A stretch of 64,000 bases of DNA from Chrysomallon squamiferum. Lineage: Eukaryota > Animalia > Mollusca. The first letter of the stretch is position 1. Each line of letters begins with the position of its first letter. The notes under the pieces are model-generated. The model did not search any database. It had not been told where the DNA came from and saw only the letters and a program-made list of their open reading frames with translations. Positions 1 to 13,886 of the stretch are shown piece by piece. The translations under genes were made by a program, and so were the position numbers. The stretch is taken from positions 28,210,001-28,274,000 of the forward strand of contig CM022672.1 of the NCBI GenBank assembly GCA_012295275.1, written 5' to 3'.

Positions 1-1148
1 AATGCATGGACATACTAGTGTAAACAACAGTTTTAAAAATGTTGTGTGACCCTGTTGCTAGATTACTACAAAATAATCTGTAAAATAATGGTTTAAACTA
101 TTTATTGTACCCATTATTATAATCAGTTAACCCTGTAAACATAAAACAAAGAAAAATATGTTATTTTCCTTTGGACAATAATAAAATTCTTCAGTATGTA
201 TAAATATAGCAAATTAATATTACATTTTTGCTCTTTTAAGCAATCTACTCAAAGAAACATTTGTTAGTTTAAAGATGCCATTTTCTTTATCTTGTGAACA
301 ACCAATGCAAACAATTCAGAAGTTGTTAACAATTTTACAAAAGTTTACAAATCATGATGTAGATATATAATGATTACCACAGTCTGCCATGTTCAAATCC
401 CAAAGTATAAAAACCTTGAATGCTTCAGTGTTATTTCAGATGTTTTCAATAGTTACATGTGTAATGCATAACAGTAAGTGTTGTCTGGATTAAAATAACT
501 CCATTTAACAGACCCTTTTTGCCAGGTTTCAGAAAGTTTGGACAATATATGGGAAATGTACAAATATTTTTGAATTTCCACTTAGTTTTAATTAGTCAAC
601 CTCAATCAGCTGTCCATAAACCAAATTAAAAGTAAATTTAGTTCCATACATTATTCCACATTTTGAATTGAAGATAAAATCTGGACAACCTTTGCCCTCT
701 TTTAGTACCTTAAATAGATATTTTCCTGGTTTTGCTGAATTCCATGTCTTCAGGTTTTTTTTTTTAAAACAAATTTTTTCCCTATCTTATATCCAGTATC
801 ACCAAGATCCCTCTTTCCAAAACAATGAATAAAACATAATTATTTTGTATAAAAATATATTGTCTTAAAGAAGATTTTAAAGTAGTTTGAAAAATGTAGA
901 TTATAATCATTTACAATTTCTTATTATGATTGTTTTATACACAAAATTATTAGTATAAATTATATAAAACTAAAAAATACAGTAATTAAATAAATAATAT
1001 GAAATAAAGATATTTAAAATTGTATTAAATGAAAATAACTTCAACAATGTTCATCACATGATTAAATCACATGGCACTATCCACAAGTAACAAACATAGA
1101 TCAAAGGACCTTTCACAACAAACATCTCCATGGTTAAGGAACTGTTTA

Positions 1149-4100
1149 TTACATAGATGTGAAGTCATCATTGTCATCTGGTATCAGCATTCCTTGTTTG
1201 TGAAGTATAGTTTTACGCACATATGCTGCATCATCTAAATAACAAAATAAAGAGATATATATTTTACTTCAGACATTTGCATATACATTACTTTACATGA
1301 TGTACATTAATACAATAAGTGTTTTCTCTGTAAACTCAGTTGATACATTCATTACTTCTGTTCAGATGGCAACATTGGCCTCATGAAGTACTTGATACTG
1401 ACATCACTACTTATAATATTGCATATTTTTTCTATTATGTGTAATTGTTAATTTACATGATGTACTGGTATTTTTATCTTTTAATAATTTTTATTCATTT
1501 CTATTAACATAAACAGTGAAATTAATTCTTTGTGAAATGGAAAGTTGTTACAAAGTCTGACAAGAAGTTGTCAACAGAAAGTCGTAGAATAATGAGAAGT
1601 TTTAGCTTATTCTTGTGCAGAAGCCTGATGAAACATTGTTCATTTGTTTGATTGTTCTTGTATCAAAAGACATCAATGAATGATAAACATTTTGTGATCT
1701 GTGAATTTTAACTTTGAAATATATTGACAGTATAAAATAATTCCCAAGCTCTGACTTTTGACAAACCAACTTGGACATTTTTTGTGGAGTGAACAATTGA
1801 CATTTTATTATTCTTTGAGTTCTGAACATAACTTTAATTACACTTTCTTTTACTTTTAGTTTATAAAATAAAATATATTAAGTCTTTATACAGCTTGTTC
1901 TGTTATTTTAGATATATGAATTCCTGTTAACTGTTTAGTGCATTGGTCTTTAAGTTAACGTCATACCAGGTTTACATTCTGAAATCCTAATTGTTAGTTA
2001 TTTTGTGATAGGAAGAAGTTTACTTACATTACTGACATACAAGTTTTGATAGACTGAAAAGTCAGCCCAATTACAATATGAAGAATTACAATGTATTCAG
2101 TATTGATTAACATTAGTACTAGAAATCATTACAGGCTGATGTATCATATTAGCATTAGTATGTCATCTGTCAAAATGCCAGGATGGTAGAAGGTGTTGAG
2201 TAAAACACCTAACTTAACCAGGATCAGCTACAATAAGCAATGTATCTAAATCAGCTTACTGAATACATAAAATGATTAAAACTCTGTTTACACTAAATAG
2301 GAACATGAATCATCTGACCTCTGATTTTCCTGGGTTCTTCCATGTCATATTCCACTGCCTGTCTGAACAGTAGTGAAGCCACAATGGCAAGCACAATAAC
2401 CTTCAGTGGTTGTGTGACAAATACTGTGAGAACAAATGAAGTTACAAATGAGATGAGCCACTTGAAACTCTTACTGAAGCTGTATCTGAGGCCAAACATG
2501 ACAACAAAGAAGGAACAAGCGATAGAAATACCAAGGGTCAGAAAATATGAAAAGTAAATGAAGTACCATGGAAGTCTGCAAACAAAATGAAAGAAAGAAA
2601 GAAAATGTTATAAAGAACTAAAAATATAAAAATAGTTTTAAAAATCATTATAGCACAGCACATTTTTATGTTACTATTTTATCAACTTAGTAATTGAAGA
2701 TTAGCTAAATTAAGAATAACAACAACAATAATATTAGAAACTAATAATGTTAATGATGATATGGGCAGTACTAATGATGATGATAAAAATAACAAACAGA
2801 ACAGTAAATAAATAAAAAATATATATTAAAACAGCAGCCAATGCAGATCTTTTGACCATTAGAAAAGACAACACAAACTATACTGGCTTGTAACAAAATC
2901 CTGGGTACTTCATATAACCAATACCCTGGTTCAGTGAGATGCCTGGTATCATCTACTTTGAATATGGTTAAAACTTTAGCTACCATCTTGGCTAATGAAC
3001 AGGTTAACAAAAAAAACCCATAAATAATGTGGTCTGCTTCATAATATTACCTACAAACTAAAACATCCTTTTTTCTATTTTCTTCAACATATTTTTTTCT
3101 CTTCTCTTCAACATCTTTTTTTTTTGTTTTCACTTCCTCTGTAGGGCTTGCAGAGTCAGATGACCCTGATGACAACACTGTGATTGTCAGGTCAGGTATG
3201 CCTCTAGCAAACGCCCTGTTTTTTTCCTGTATTGCTGTGAAGAGAAAGACTAATAACGAACTCACTGGTAAAACCAGCACAGCAACCTCCATTCCAAAAT
3301 AAATGGCTGAAAGAGAAAAGTGAAAGTCTTTTTTATCAAACCTGGCACTGGTTTTAGGCATTCCATGAAGCACTGTGTTGAAAAGCATTGTTGTCAGAAG
3401 AAGAGAAAGGGCACACGTCAGTCGTTGTTTGTGAGTAAATTTGCTTGTTGGCTGTTTAAAGAAAATGCTAATGAAGAGGTGTCCATTTCGCAAACCTTGG
3501 CTTGCTTTCTGCACAAAGTGGTAAAAACAGTTTGCAGCAAACATATCATATTCCAGAACGGGAATATCAGCATATACATGGTCATAACCTTTCTCAGAAC
3601 TGAGCCACTGGTCATGTAGACAGTGCCAAGTTTCATTAGTTTGAATGTCCTCAATAACAAGTTGTTTGAGATACCTACAAATCAAAAATAGGCTAAATAG
3701 CACCAATTTGTTCTATGAATGTTAATGAATTTTAATTAAATTACCATATGTAATAATAATATAAAATAAAGTAATATATTTATTAAAATGTTATGATGAT
3801 AATAAAGATAATTATAAAAACCTCAGTTCTATATATATATATATACTCTCCTAAAAAAGAAATGCAAAATGGTTAATTTCTTAGATAACTATTGTAGATA
3901 ACTGACACATATCGATGTACAAACTATGAATATAATGACATTTGGTGATTCAAACGTATAGCTTTTGTTACAGTTGCCAAAAAGCAGGAAAACAAAATAA
4001 AGGCTATGATCGTGTTTATTAGCCAAAACGTCCCCGCATGCAAACCACGTTACCAGTGCATGTGCACGTGCAGCACATGAAACTTTAATATGAGGGTTAT

Positions 4101-7100
4101 AAAAATGCAAGGTTTTCGAATACTTCTGTTCGTTATTTTTGTTCTGACCCAACATCAAACAAATGCCACGACTGAGTGAACCGCAATGAAACAATGCCAT
4201 CGGCCATAGCCCAGATGTTCCATGTATCCCCAAGCACCATCTTGAGATTGTGGTATCAGTTCCAGCAACACCAACCAACACGTGACCGTCCCAGATCAGG
4301 TAGACCACGTGTAACCACCAGGGCCCAAGACTGCTACATACGGGTATTTCATCTACAGGAAAGAACCATAACAGCAACCTCTACTGCTTCAGGAATACCA
4401 GGTCTGCATAGAATATCGGCTCAGACAGTGTGCAATCATTTACGTGAGGCAGGTATATGAGCCAGATGGCCTGTAAGAAGAGTGGTTTTCAATCAACAAC
4501 ATTGTCGACTATGACATCAGTGGTGTCAAGTGCACAGAGTCTGGCCTCAATTATGATGGAAAACTGTCCGGTTTAGTGACAAACCTCGATTTCTGCTTCA
4601 TTGAGCTGATGGAAGATGTCAAGTTTACAGACGTCGTGGTGAATGTTTTGCTGCAAACTGCATACAGGAAGCGGAAAGATTTGGCGGTGGTAATATGATG
4701 GTATGGGCAGCAATCTCATATACTGGCAGGACCAACCTGGTTCACATCCAAGGCAACTTAACGGCACAGAGATACCGAGATGAAATTTTGCAGCCACATG
4801 TCGCTCCAATTACGATTAATGGTAATGCTGTATTCCAGAACAACAATGCGAGACCACATGCAGCCAGACTCACAACAGCATACCTACACAACAATAACAT
4901 TCAGGTCCTGCCCTGGCCCTCTTAATCTCCAGATTTGAATCCTATACAGCATTTATGGGACAAGGACAAATTGGATAGACAACTGAGGCAGCATCAACCA
5001 CAGCACAGAATCGTGCTCAGTTGGCATTATTACTACAGACATTCCACCATGTCTGTTATATGCCACCATTCCACAATTTTAAATTCGTAATGTCATTACT
5101 GCCATGGGAAGGAGATGTCTGGCAGTTCTGGACTCCTATGGTGGGCACACACGGTATTGATATTATACTGTTATAACCTCGAACTTTAACCTTTTCAATA
5201 TAATATCTTCAATATTAATGAATTGCGAAAGTGTGTGTAAAATGTGAACATTCTGCTGCATTTTGTTGATCCATTAGATAGATATTCCCAATGTCAATAA
5301 AATCTACTTTTGCATTTCTTTTTTGTTAGAGTATATGTAACATATATAACACATATAGTAAGAGACAAACTGCAAGACAGAAAGACAGATATTTAAACTA
5401 ATTATATGAATACCATGAGGGGTTGGAACCAGAGCTATCATGCCAAATGACAACTGATGTAAGTTTGCCAAGACAGACATTTGTCTTGATGAGGAACCAG
5501 TCTTCAGAGCCAGCAGTGAAAAGATGTCTCTCGCTGTCACAGAGATTAAAGTGTTCAGATAACCTGTCCTTGCCAACAAGAAACATGTACACATTTGATG
5601 TGGTTCCAGCACGTGGCCACCAGCCAGTCACCACACAAACTAAATACATATATTTTTGTTTCTTACTATCACTGCCAAGTATTGTAACACCAACCTTTAA
5701 AGATAATAAAAGAATAATAACTGTAAGTTAAGATCATAACATTTTTTGTTGGGGATAAATGATTAACAATTTAGCATGCCTAAAGTTAAAAATATTTTTT
5801 AAAATATTAGGCTGAGTAAACTATATTATTATGGTGATCTAAGTATACTAGAATACTGCTCTTAGAAATACATACTGCAAGGGTTTCAAATTATTGACAG
5901 TAAAATAATATAAATTTATGTACATCCACAGGAACTGACTACTTAACACCTAATAATTTACAGTCTATGTGACCTAACTATACAATAAGTCTACTAACTA
6001 TTAATAATGATCTTTGATCTTTGCGCTAGTCAACAATGATTGTATAAAAAGACTTAAGAGAAAACAAGGACATTAAGAATAGTTACTTACTGGCTGAATC
6101 AGAAAACAGAACATGGAGGCTCAAGGGTTAATTATTAATATATATTAAACCTATTGCATGTGAAATATTTTTAATGTTTGACTTTTAGAACAAATTATTG
6201 TTAAAACAAACTTTCTTTTCTTTTATGCAATCCATATTTTCGTTGATAAATCACTTTGAATGTAGTGTGTAGATAACACATACCTTTCTAATAACATTAC
6301 AATCTGCTCTGTGTGTCCAGAACAATAACAGAATGTAGAGACACCAGGTTGCTACAACAACAATAACAATAATAGGATTATCAAGACCAGGTAACAACTT
6401 TCCCTCAAGGAGAGAGTGATGAGTGTTTGGTACAATATCAACATGGCCAGTGAAGGCTGAGAGATAGTCACACTGGCAGTGCAGATGATTCTGTGTTGTA
6501 AAGGGGCCAACCTGTGTTTGGATAAAAAAAAAAACACGTATATATATAAATAAGAAAGGCCAAGTTACAGCTCTTAGACTAATCAGTAACAAAATAATGC
6601 TTGCTGTGTATACCAATAAAATACTCAATTCTTCCACTTTCATGATTAGTTTTATTAATTTTCATTTTTTTATTATGATATTCAGTTTTAGAATGTACTG
6701 TTGAAATAAGTGTTTTCTTTTGTTAGGTATATGTATATTTTTTTTAAATCTGATCTGATTTAAATCTGATCTTAAATGATTTTTAACAAAAAGATTCTTA
6801 AAAGTGACATTGGGTTGCTAGCCTAATTAATTGCAAGTTACAGTTATCAAATGTCCTGGGACTATTAAATAATGAAGATTCTAACAGTTTTTAGGATTTA
6901 GGGTTTTGTTTGTTAGACAGAGTTTTAAAAACAAATTTGGTTAGCATTTTGGTGGGGTTTTGTTTTTTCATTTTATTTTCTTTCATTTAGTAACCTGTTT
7001 TTTTTTGTTGTTGTTGCTTTTTTTTTTAGCAATATAAGAACATTCTTATGTCACATACGAATGTATGTAAGTGGTGTGTGTGTTCGTATGTCTATATGTG

Positions 7101-10100
7101 TGTGGGTTTTATGGAGTGTGTGTGTGTGGGTGGGTGGGTGTGTGTGTGTGTAACAAACCATGCAACCATCAGTTTGCCATTTATCATTATCTTCATTCCA
7201 GTAGAAACAATCAGCAACATATGAGTGTACAGCAATTGTAACCATTTGCAATTCACCAATATTTTCATTATGAACTTCTTGACCAGGCTATGCATTTTGA
7301 AAAAAAGGTACTTAAGAAAAACAAAATAGGTTTCTCAATTTCATAATTTAGTAATCTATTCAAACTTCTGTCGAACATTACACTAATAACAAATAATTAT
7401 AAATATTCAAATATCACAGCCTGATTGCAAATCCAACATGATGATACTGAATGACTAAGCATTTATTCAATAGGGAAAGTCACTGAAATGTGAATTTTTA
7501 CAAATGACCCACAAAATTGCTGAATTATGGTGTGAACTGTACATTTAACAATAGAACAGCCTTTAGTTCTTTCACTGCATAATTAGATGGCAGCACATAC
7601 TGGGCTTACAACATGTTTGAGAATTTCTATTTCTTGCAGCAAAATGAATTTTCTCAAGTTAACAGTAATAAAATTTTGAATGGATATATCCACTTAGTTT
7701 AATCAGCTTATAACTTTAATATACAAGATAATAATATACATATAACATACATATAAATGACATAATATTATAGTACATGTTTCATTAAGCAAACAGTCAT
7801 ATTTTATTGATGCAAAGAGTGACTCACCTTCATTATAATTCCAACTGTAAAATTTGCACTGTTCACCTCAAGAAAATGTTCTGGTAGAAATAACAAACGA
7901 TAATCTTGTTTGTAATCTTTGTTTGATAACAATAAATCATCTTGGATTGGCCATTCATATCCATAATGCATAATATTTTCAAATGTGACTGCTACTTCAC
8001 TGGAACCCAGAAGTATCTGTAATTTTAATGAAGTGTATTTAGGATAAATTATCAAATACTGCAATTTCTCCTTAATTTGCTGCACTGTTATTATCAGCAA
8101 ACTTGAAGAGATCACTTTCTTTTCAACCAGGTCCCATCTGACATTCAAACTGTATTCATCTGGCAGATGTGCTGTATCTGCAAATAAATGGGAATATATA
8201 TTTTAATATATATCTGAATTTAATTTAAAGAATAAAAATCTATGAACAGATATTATAAAAACATAAATATAGTTATAAAAAATCTGTAAATTTGTATTTT
8301 AAAATCTATCATTTGTATTGAAAAACCTGTGCATTTATATTATTAAAATAAGTCTATGAATTTAAATTTAAAATCCACTTAACTTATATTATGAAAGTCT
8401 ATAAATATGTATTTTTAAATATTTATGAATTAATACTTTAAAATGTGTTAAAAAAGATCTGTTAATTTTTATTTTTGAAAACTAATAACCAGTGAATTCA
8501 TAGCATAAAAAGAATCAATGAATTTGTATAACTATATATCCAAAAACACAAGCTAATGTCATTTTGAATTGATGATTATTATTAATTTGTTGGTTTTCTG
8601 TTGATAAACAATACCAAAAATATATAATCAATGATGGTAGGATTACTGTCCTAAAATATTTTATCATAATACATACATTAAAACAAATAGACAATATAAT
8701 TAAAAATAATGAAAAGATAAAAATTAATATAGTATATTTACAAATTAGAGTGTTTAAACTTGTACAAGAAGATACCTTCTACTGAGAAAAAGATGTCTGC
8801 AGGCACAGGAAGTTTTTTCAGACCAAATGAGTGTACCTGGTCTCTCTCCTTTATGTCAATAATTATCACTGGAAATTTGTGGTTATTTAACAAAGACCAC
8901 ACAAAGGGACTTTTATTCCAAACCTGCATCTGAATAATAACAATAATAATTAAGTAATCATTTAAAAATAAACAACAGAAGAAAGATTTAGATAGTTTTT
9001 GGACTGGCAGTACAGGATCTCACAGGCATGGTCTTTAATAAATCATTCATGACACTGTTGGAGGAAAAATATAAACTGGAACAGAAAAGAGAACTGATTG
9101 GCAGTCTATCAATTTATCAGCTAGATCCCTCTTTAACAACAACATTAACAACAACAAGAAAAGAAAAGTATCTGTAACAAAACTACAGCAGTTTAAAAAT
9201 CTTCTTTCTGCTAGATTGAATGAATTTTTTTTTAAAGACAGAAGATGTTTGGGACCCTTTGAGCCTGAGTGGGCACAAATTTAATCAAAACATTTAATAT
9301 TTTTACCAACACAGGTTGTTTTTATTAACAATGCCACTCTCTTTGCCATTGTGTATGGGCTACGTGTTTGAACTTGGGGCTTAAAGGGTTAATGCAAAAT
9401 CATCAGATCCATTAAAGTTATCTGAAAACTATTGTAAAATGAATATTTTTTTATTCAATCTTAGCAACTCTCAAGGCCAATTCATTTTCCAAAACCTCAT
9501 AATTTTTTAAACCAACTTTCTTTTATGTGGTATATAGATGACTTGTATAATTATTTAGAGGTATATTTAGTTTTTAATGCAATTCTTATTGCATATTCTC
9601 CTTATAAATAAATCCAGTTCCTGAAGTTTCTGGATTAGAGGTATATGACTTGTATAATATAGTGTAACAGTTTTCAATTATTAATTATTTGTAGATACTT
9701 GTTATTTTACAGATGAATTTGTAGGTATTTTGGTATGCTGCATCTCTGCACTTCTTAAAATACAATGTCAGATATTTACTGTGTGTACCTGTATATTGAC
9801 AGACTTCACTGTCTGGCTATATTGGTGAATACTGGCGTTGATCTGCATTATGAAACTGGTTCTTTGATCATTTTCTAATTCTTCTTCTAGTAGCACATCT
9901 TTCTCACTCACTTTTAACCATTTTACAAAAATTATGGTCTTCTTAGTTTTTATCTTCAATGGCTCTTCTACAACTGAGTGAAGAGATTTTGCCAGTGCAT
10001 TACAAATAGAGTCAAACCTGCTCAGTAATGTTTTCATTCTTGATTTTATCTGCAAAAATATTATTTTTACATCTGAATTATTGAAAATAAATAAAAGAAG

Positions 10101-13100
10101 TTATACATGCTGTATTCAACATATTTATTCAGAAAAATATCTAGTGCTATGTACATTATGAAAGAGGAAATCTACTTATGCTACACAGTGGGCAATTCTT
10201 TTTCCAAATTGGCAGCAAGGATCTTTTATATCTACCTTCACCAAAACAAGAACATTTATTGATATCCAGCAACGGCTTCAAAGGATATGGTCCAAAGATA
10301 CAATTCATTATACCATTCAATCCAAATGTATTAAAATACTCTAGTCATATCACACATCAGTTTTCATACTGATGTACCACATTTATTCACTGGGCTCAGT
10401 CAGAGTTAACTGACACTCTTTAAAAGACAACAAATATCAAAAATAAAACTCCAACTCATTTTAGAAAAATATGACTGTCAAACCTGCATGATTATTCTTT
10501 CACCCGTAAACAATGAGGAGTCACGTATATATTCCAATATTTCCACCTGTTTTCTTTATTAGAGAAAAAAAGAAATGCATCTTTTAGTTTAAAAATAAAA
10601 GAAAACAATCTGATCATTTAAAACTAAGCCAAGAAAACTGTAATATTTTTATAGTTAGATATTTATTTCATGTGTGTATATATTTGTGTTTGGGCATGTG
10701 TCTTCCTGTCTAAAATTAGTTTATTCCATTTAATTATTAATGATGCATGATTTCTCTTTGTTAATAATATTTAAAAATAATGTTTAAAATAGGTACTTAG
10801 CAATTTTTCTGGTTTCAGTTGGTGCTCTTTCTGATATTTCCATTAAAAAATTAGTTAGAGACTTGGTAAGTTTCAGAGAATGTGTCTATGAAATAAATAA
10901 GAAGGGCAATATTTAAGTAAAAACCTAAATAAAATTTAGTAAGCTTCCAACTGAATATATATATATATATATATATAAACAACTAATTCATTAAGGTATC
11001 TTTTTTAAAACATATAGAGTGAGAGAGACAAACAGACAGACAAACAGGCATCCTAAATGAATCCCAATCCCATTCATTGGAAATCCCTCAGAGTATATAT
11101 TGGTTACAATATTAACACAAAAAAGGTTTGAGATACCGCCAAAGTAGGTGACACTTTTTCTTGTTGTATTAAAATGCTGTTGACTAAACTGGTCACTTGT
11201 GAAAGTGTGTCTTTGTCTGATATCATTAAAAACTGCAGGGAGTGCATCAAAAATTCATGAAGCTGTGAAAAAATAATATAAATATTTCATTGGAGTTATT
11301 CACAAGATCTACAGATTTTCAGATTATATTTTCTTATTTTCTTAGTTTCTTTAATCCACATGTGAAATACACTAAAACAAGTATGTTCCTACTTCTGTTA
11401 TTCCTAAATAAAATGGCTTTATATTCAGGAAAACTATTTGTTTTAATAATATATTTAAATTAAATTTTTTTAATTTATAGTTATGACTGGTGAATATTTA
11501 AGAAACAATAACTGATAAATAAAGTTACATTGTGAAATAATATATGATTTCAAAAGTATTACTAAATAAATATAATAATAAAGAAAAGGAGCATATGATT
11601 TGTACTAATGTTTAAGGTTGTAGTGTTTCTTAACAAATCTGAACAAATATATTTCATTGATGGTGTGTGTTCATGTTTTGAGTATGAAAACATGGGTGTA
11701 GATATATATATCCACCATATATTTTTATTGTGAAAATAGATATGTAATATTCTTAAATATTCAGAATATGAACAATCAGATAGATATATGTTGACCTTAA
11801 ATGCTCTTGTTGCAGATCACTTTATGGAATGAGCAAACTTCATGTAAAATCAGTTACCTGTGATTTTTTATTCTTCTTATTCAACATCATATTACTGTTG
11901 TCCCAATTTCTGTCATTACCAAGCATTTCAATAATATTCACAGCATGTTGAATAAAATCTGAAATAAACTATAATTATTAACAATACAGCTTACATTATT
12001 TAATAATTAAACAAAAATATATATATTTTAAAATATGAAAATTAATCATCTTAATTTTTTATGTTTTTTATAAAATAAAATGTATCCAAAGTAAAACTGG
12101 TTTATACGTTTTTGACAACTTTTTATGTTTATAATATTTAAAGAAAAATTAATTTAAAAAATAAAAGGGTACAAAATTCAAAAAACATGCAGAAGAAAAA
12201 AAATTAAATAAAAATCTTTAAAGACTTCTATCTGATCAAATACTTTAACTGCAAAAGAGCATTTGATGTAAATTATTAAAGTTTGAGTTTTATCTTGTGA
12301 ACCTTGTGTTTTTTCATGAGAATATGATTTTTCAAACTGAAAGTTTTTTATAGCAGAATCCAACAAATCAAGATTATCTTCATCTCCATCAACCTGAAAC
12401 ACAGCAACAGTATTTACTTTTTATTTTTAACAATGAAAAATAGAATTTGCATTTATTATTTAACATTTCTCTAAATACTATCCTTCAATCTCTGGGCACT
12501 ACTAAGATCTCTTCAACTGTTATACCTTAATCTTGTATAAAATTATTATTACTTTTTGTATATTTAGCATACTTCCAAATTCTAACACCTGATTTGTTTA
12601 CAAATAATTTGTCTTATAGTTTTAGCTAATAATTAAATATGACAATAAACATCAATTTTGTGAAGATGGTTTCCCATTTAACATCTATAAAGAAAACTGT
12701 AGAAAGCCCAGTGAAAATCATTTGCCAATTTCTAACACTTCAGCTTAGCAAAGATGTTTTTACATGGCAGCACATGAGTACATTTGGGTTAAATATTAAA
12801 AATCAATATTTATTTATTATAAGAAACTGATGTTTTGATTTGTTTTGTTTTATTTTGTTTGTTTGAGGGTTTTTTTAAGATAAACAAAAAATAAATAAAT
12901 AAAATAAAATAAAAAGTCTTGAAAGAAGATACAAAATAAATAAAAATAAAAAAAAGAAGGTAAAAAGACATTAATTAAAAGAAAATCTATAAGAACTGTT
13001 TATGTTCTAACAGAAGGAAAAACATTTAAATTTTTTTTCTTCTAATTTTGGTTTATAATTAAAAGCTTTTTCATTTATTCCCACAATCATCATAACCCTC

Positions 13101-13849
13101 CTTTACTGAAACCCTGGATCTGCCTTCGCATATATTACCTGAACTGATAAAGATGCAAAGGTACTGGTTTCTAATGAATCTGAAATTCCAATTTCTAGTA
13201 TTAACCAGTGGTTATTTTCCTTTGAGCCCATTGGAAGTGTGAGTGTCTTTACTGTATCTTTATAACCGTGATACAATAAAATATCTGAAAAAATGGTAGC
13301 TGTTCTGAAATTAGTTTATCTTAAGAAAAAATAATATTTATAATCCTCTAACAGATTTAAAATGAAATGATATACAGTTATATAAGATGTAGTTATAATT
13401 CATTTTAAATAAACAAATAATAATTTTCACCATTTATTACCTTTATAATGTCTCTTTTTTGTATTTTGAAAGATTGCATTAATAATACCTGATTTTGTTT
13501 ATAAATTTTTCCTGTAATAATAATCAACATCAACACAGAAATAATTATTTGCATAATACCTGATATGACTGTTTTGAGGTAGATTCTATATTTTAGAGGT
13601 AAATGAGGATCATGATATCTGGCACAATTCACAGAAAATTTAGTGACAAGAGCTTGGCCTTTCTCAGGCTGAATGGTGCATGACCCTCCGACTGGTGGTG
13701 AATTTGTAGTGAATGAATAAACCCCAGATATGGAAGAATATTTTCCTTGGCCTTAAAACAATTTATTTCTATTTTATTGTGTCTCATTAAATAGATAACA
13801 ATAAAAATGTAACAAGATATTTATTGAACATATTCTTATTATATATATA

Positions 13850-13886
<37 letters not shown>

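Noticed and set aside
1602-1829. 75-aa minus-strand ORF in the last PKD1-like intron as a possible channel-domain exon
   Set aside because: No polycystin similarity and no TM segment; not needed for a phase-consistent model.
2771-3010. Possible extra PKD1-like exon (AKMVAKVLTIFKVDDTRHLTEPG)
   Set aside because: The open frame needs a phase-1 upstream donor, but the evident donor at 3051 is phase 2 and joins 2575 directly in frame.
10160-10260. Fragment resembling an interspersed repeat I recall from gastropod genomes (GCAGCAAGGATCTTTTATAT); similar hint near 41380
   Set aside because: Too short and degenerate to classify without a repeat library.
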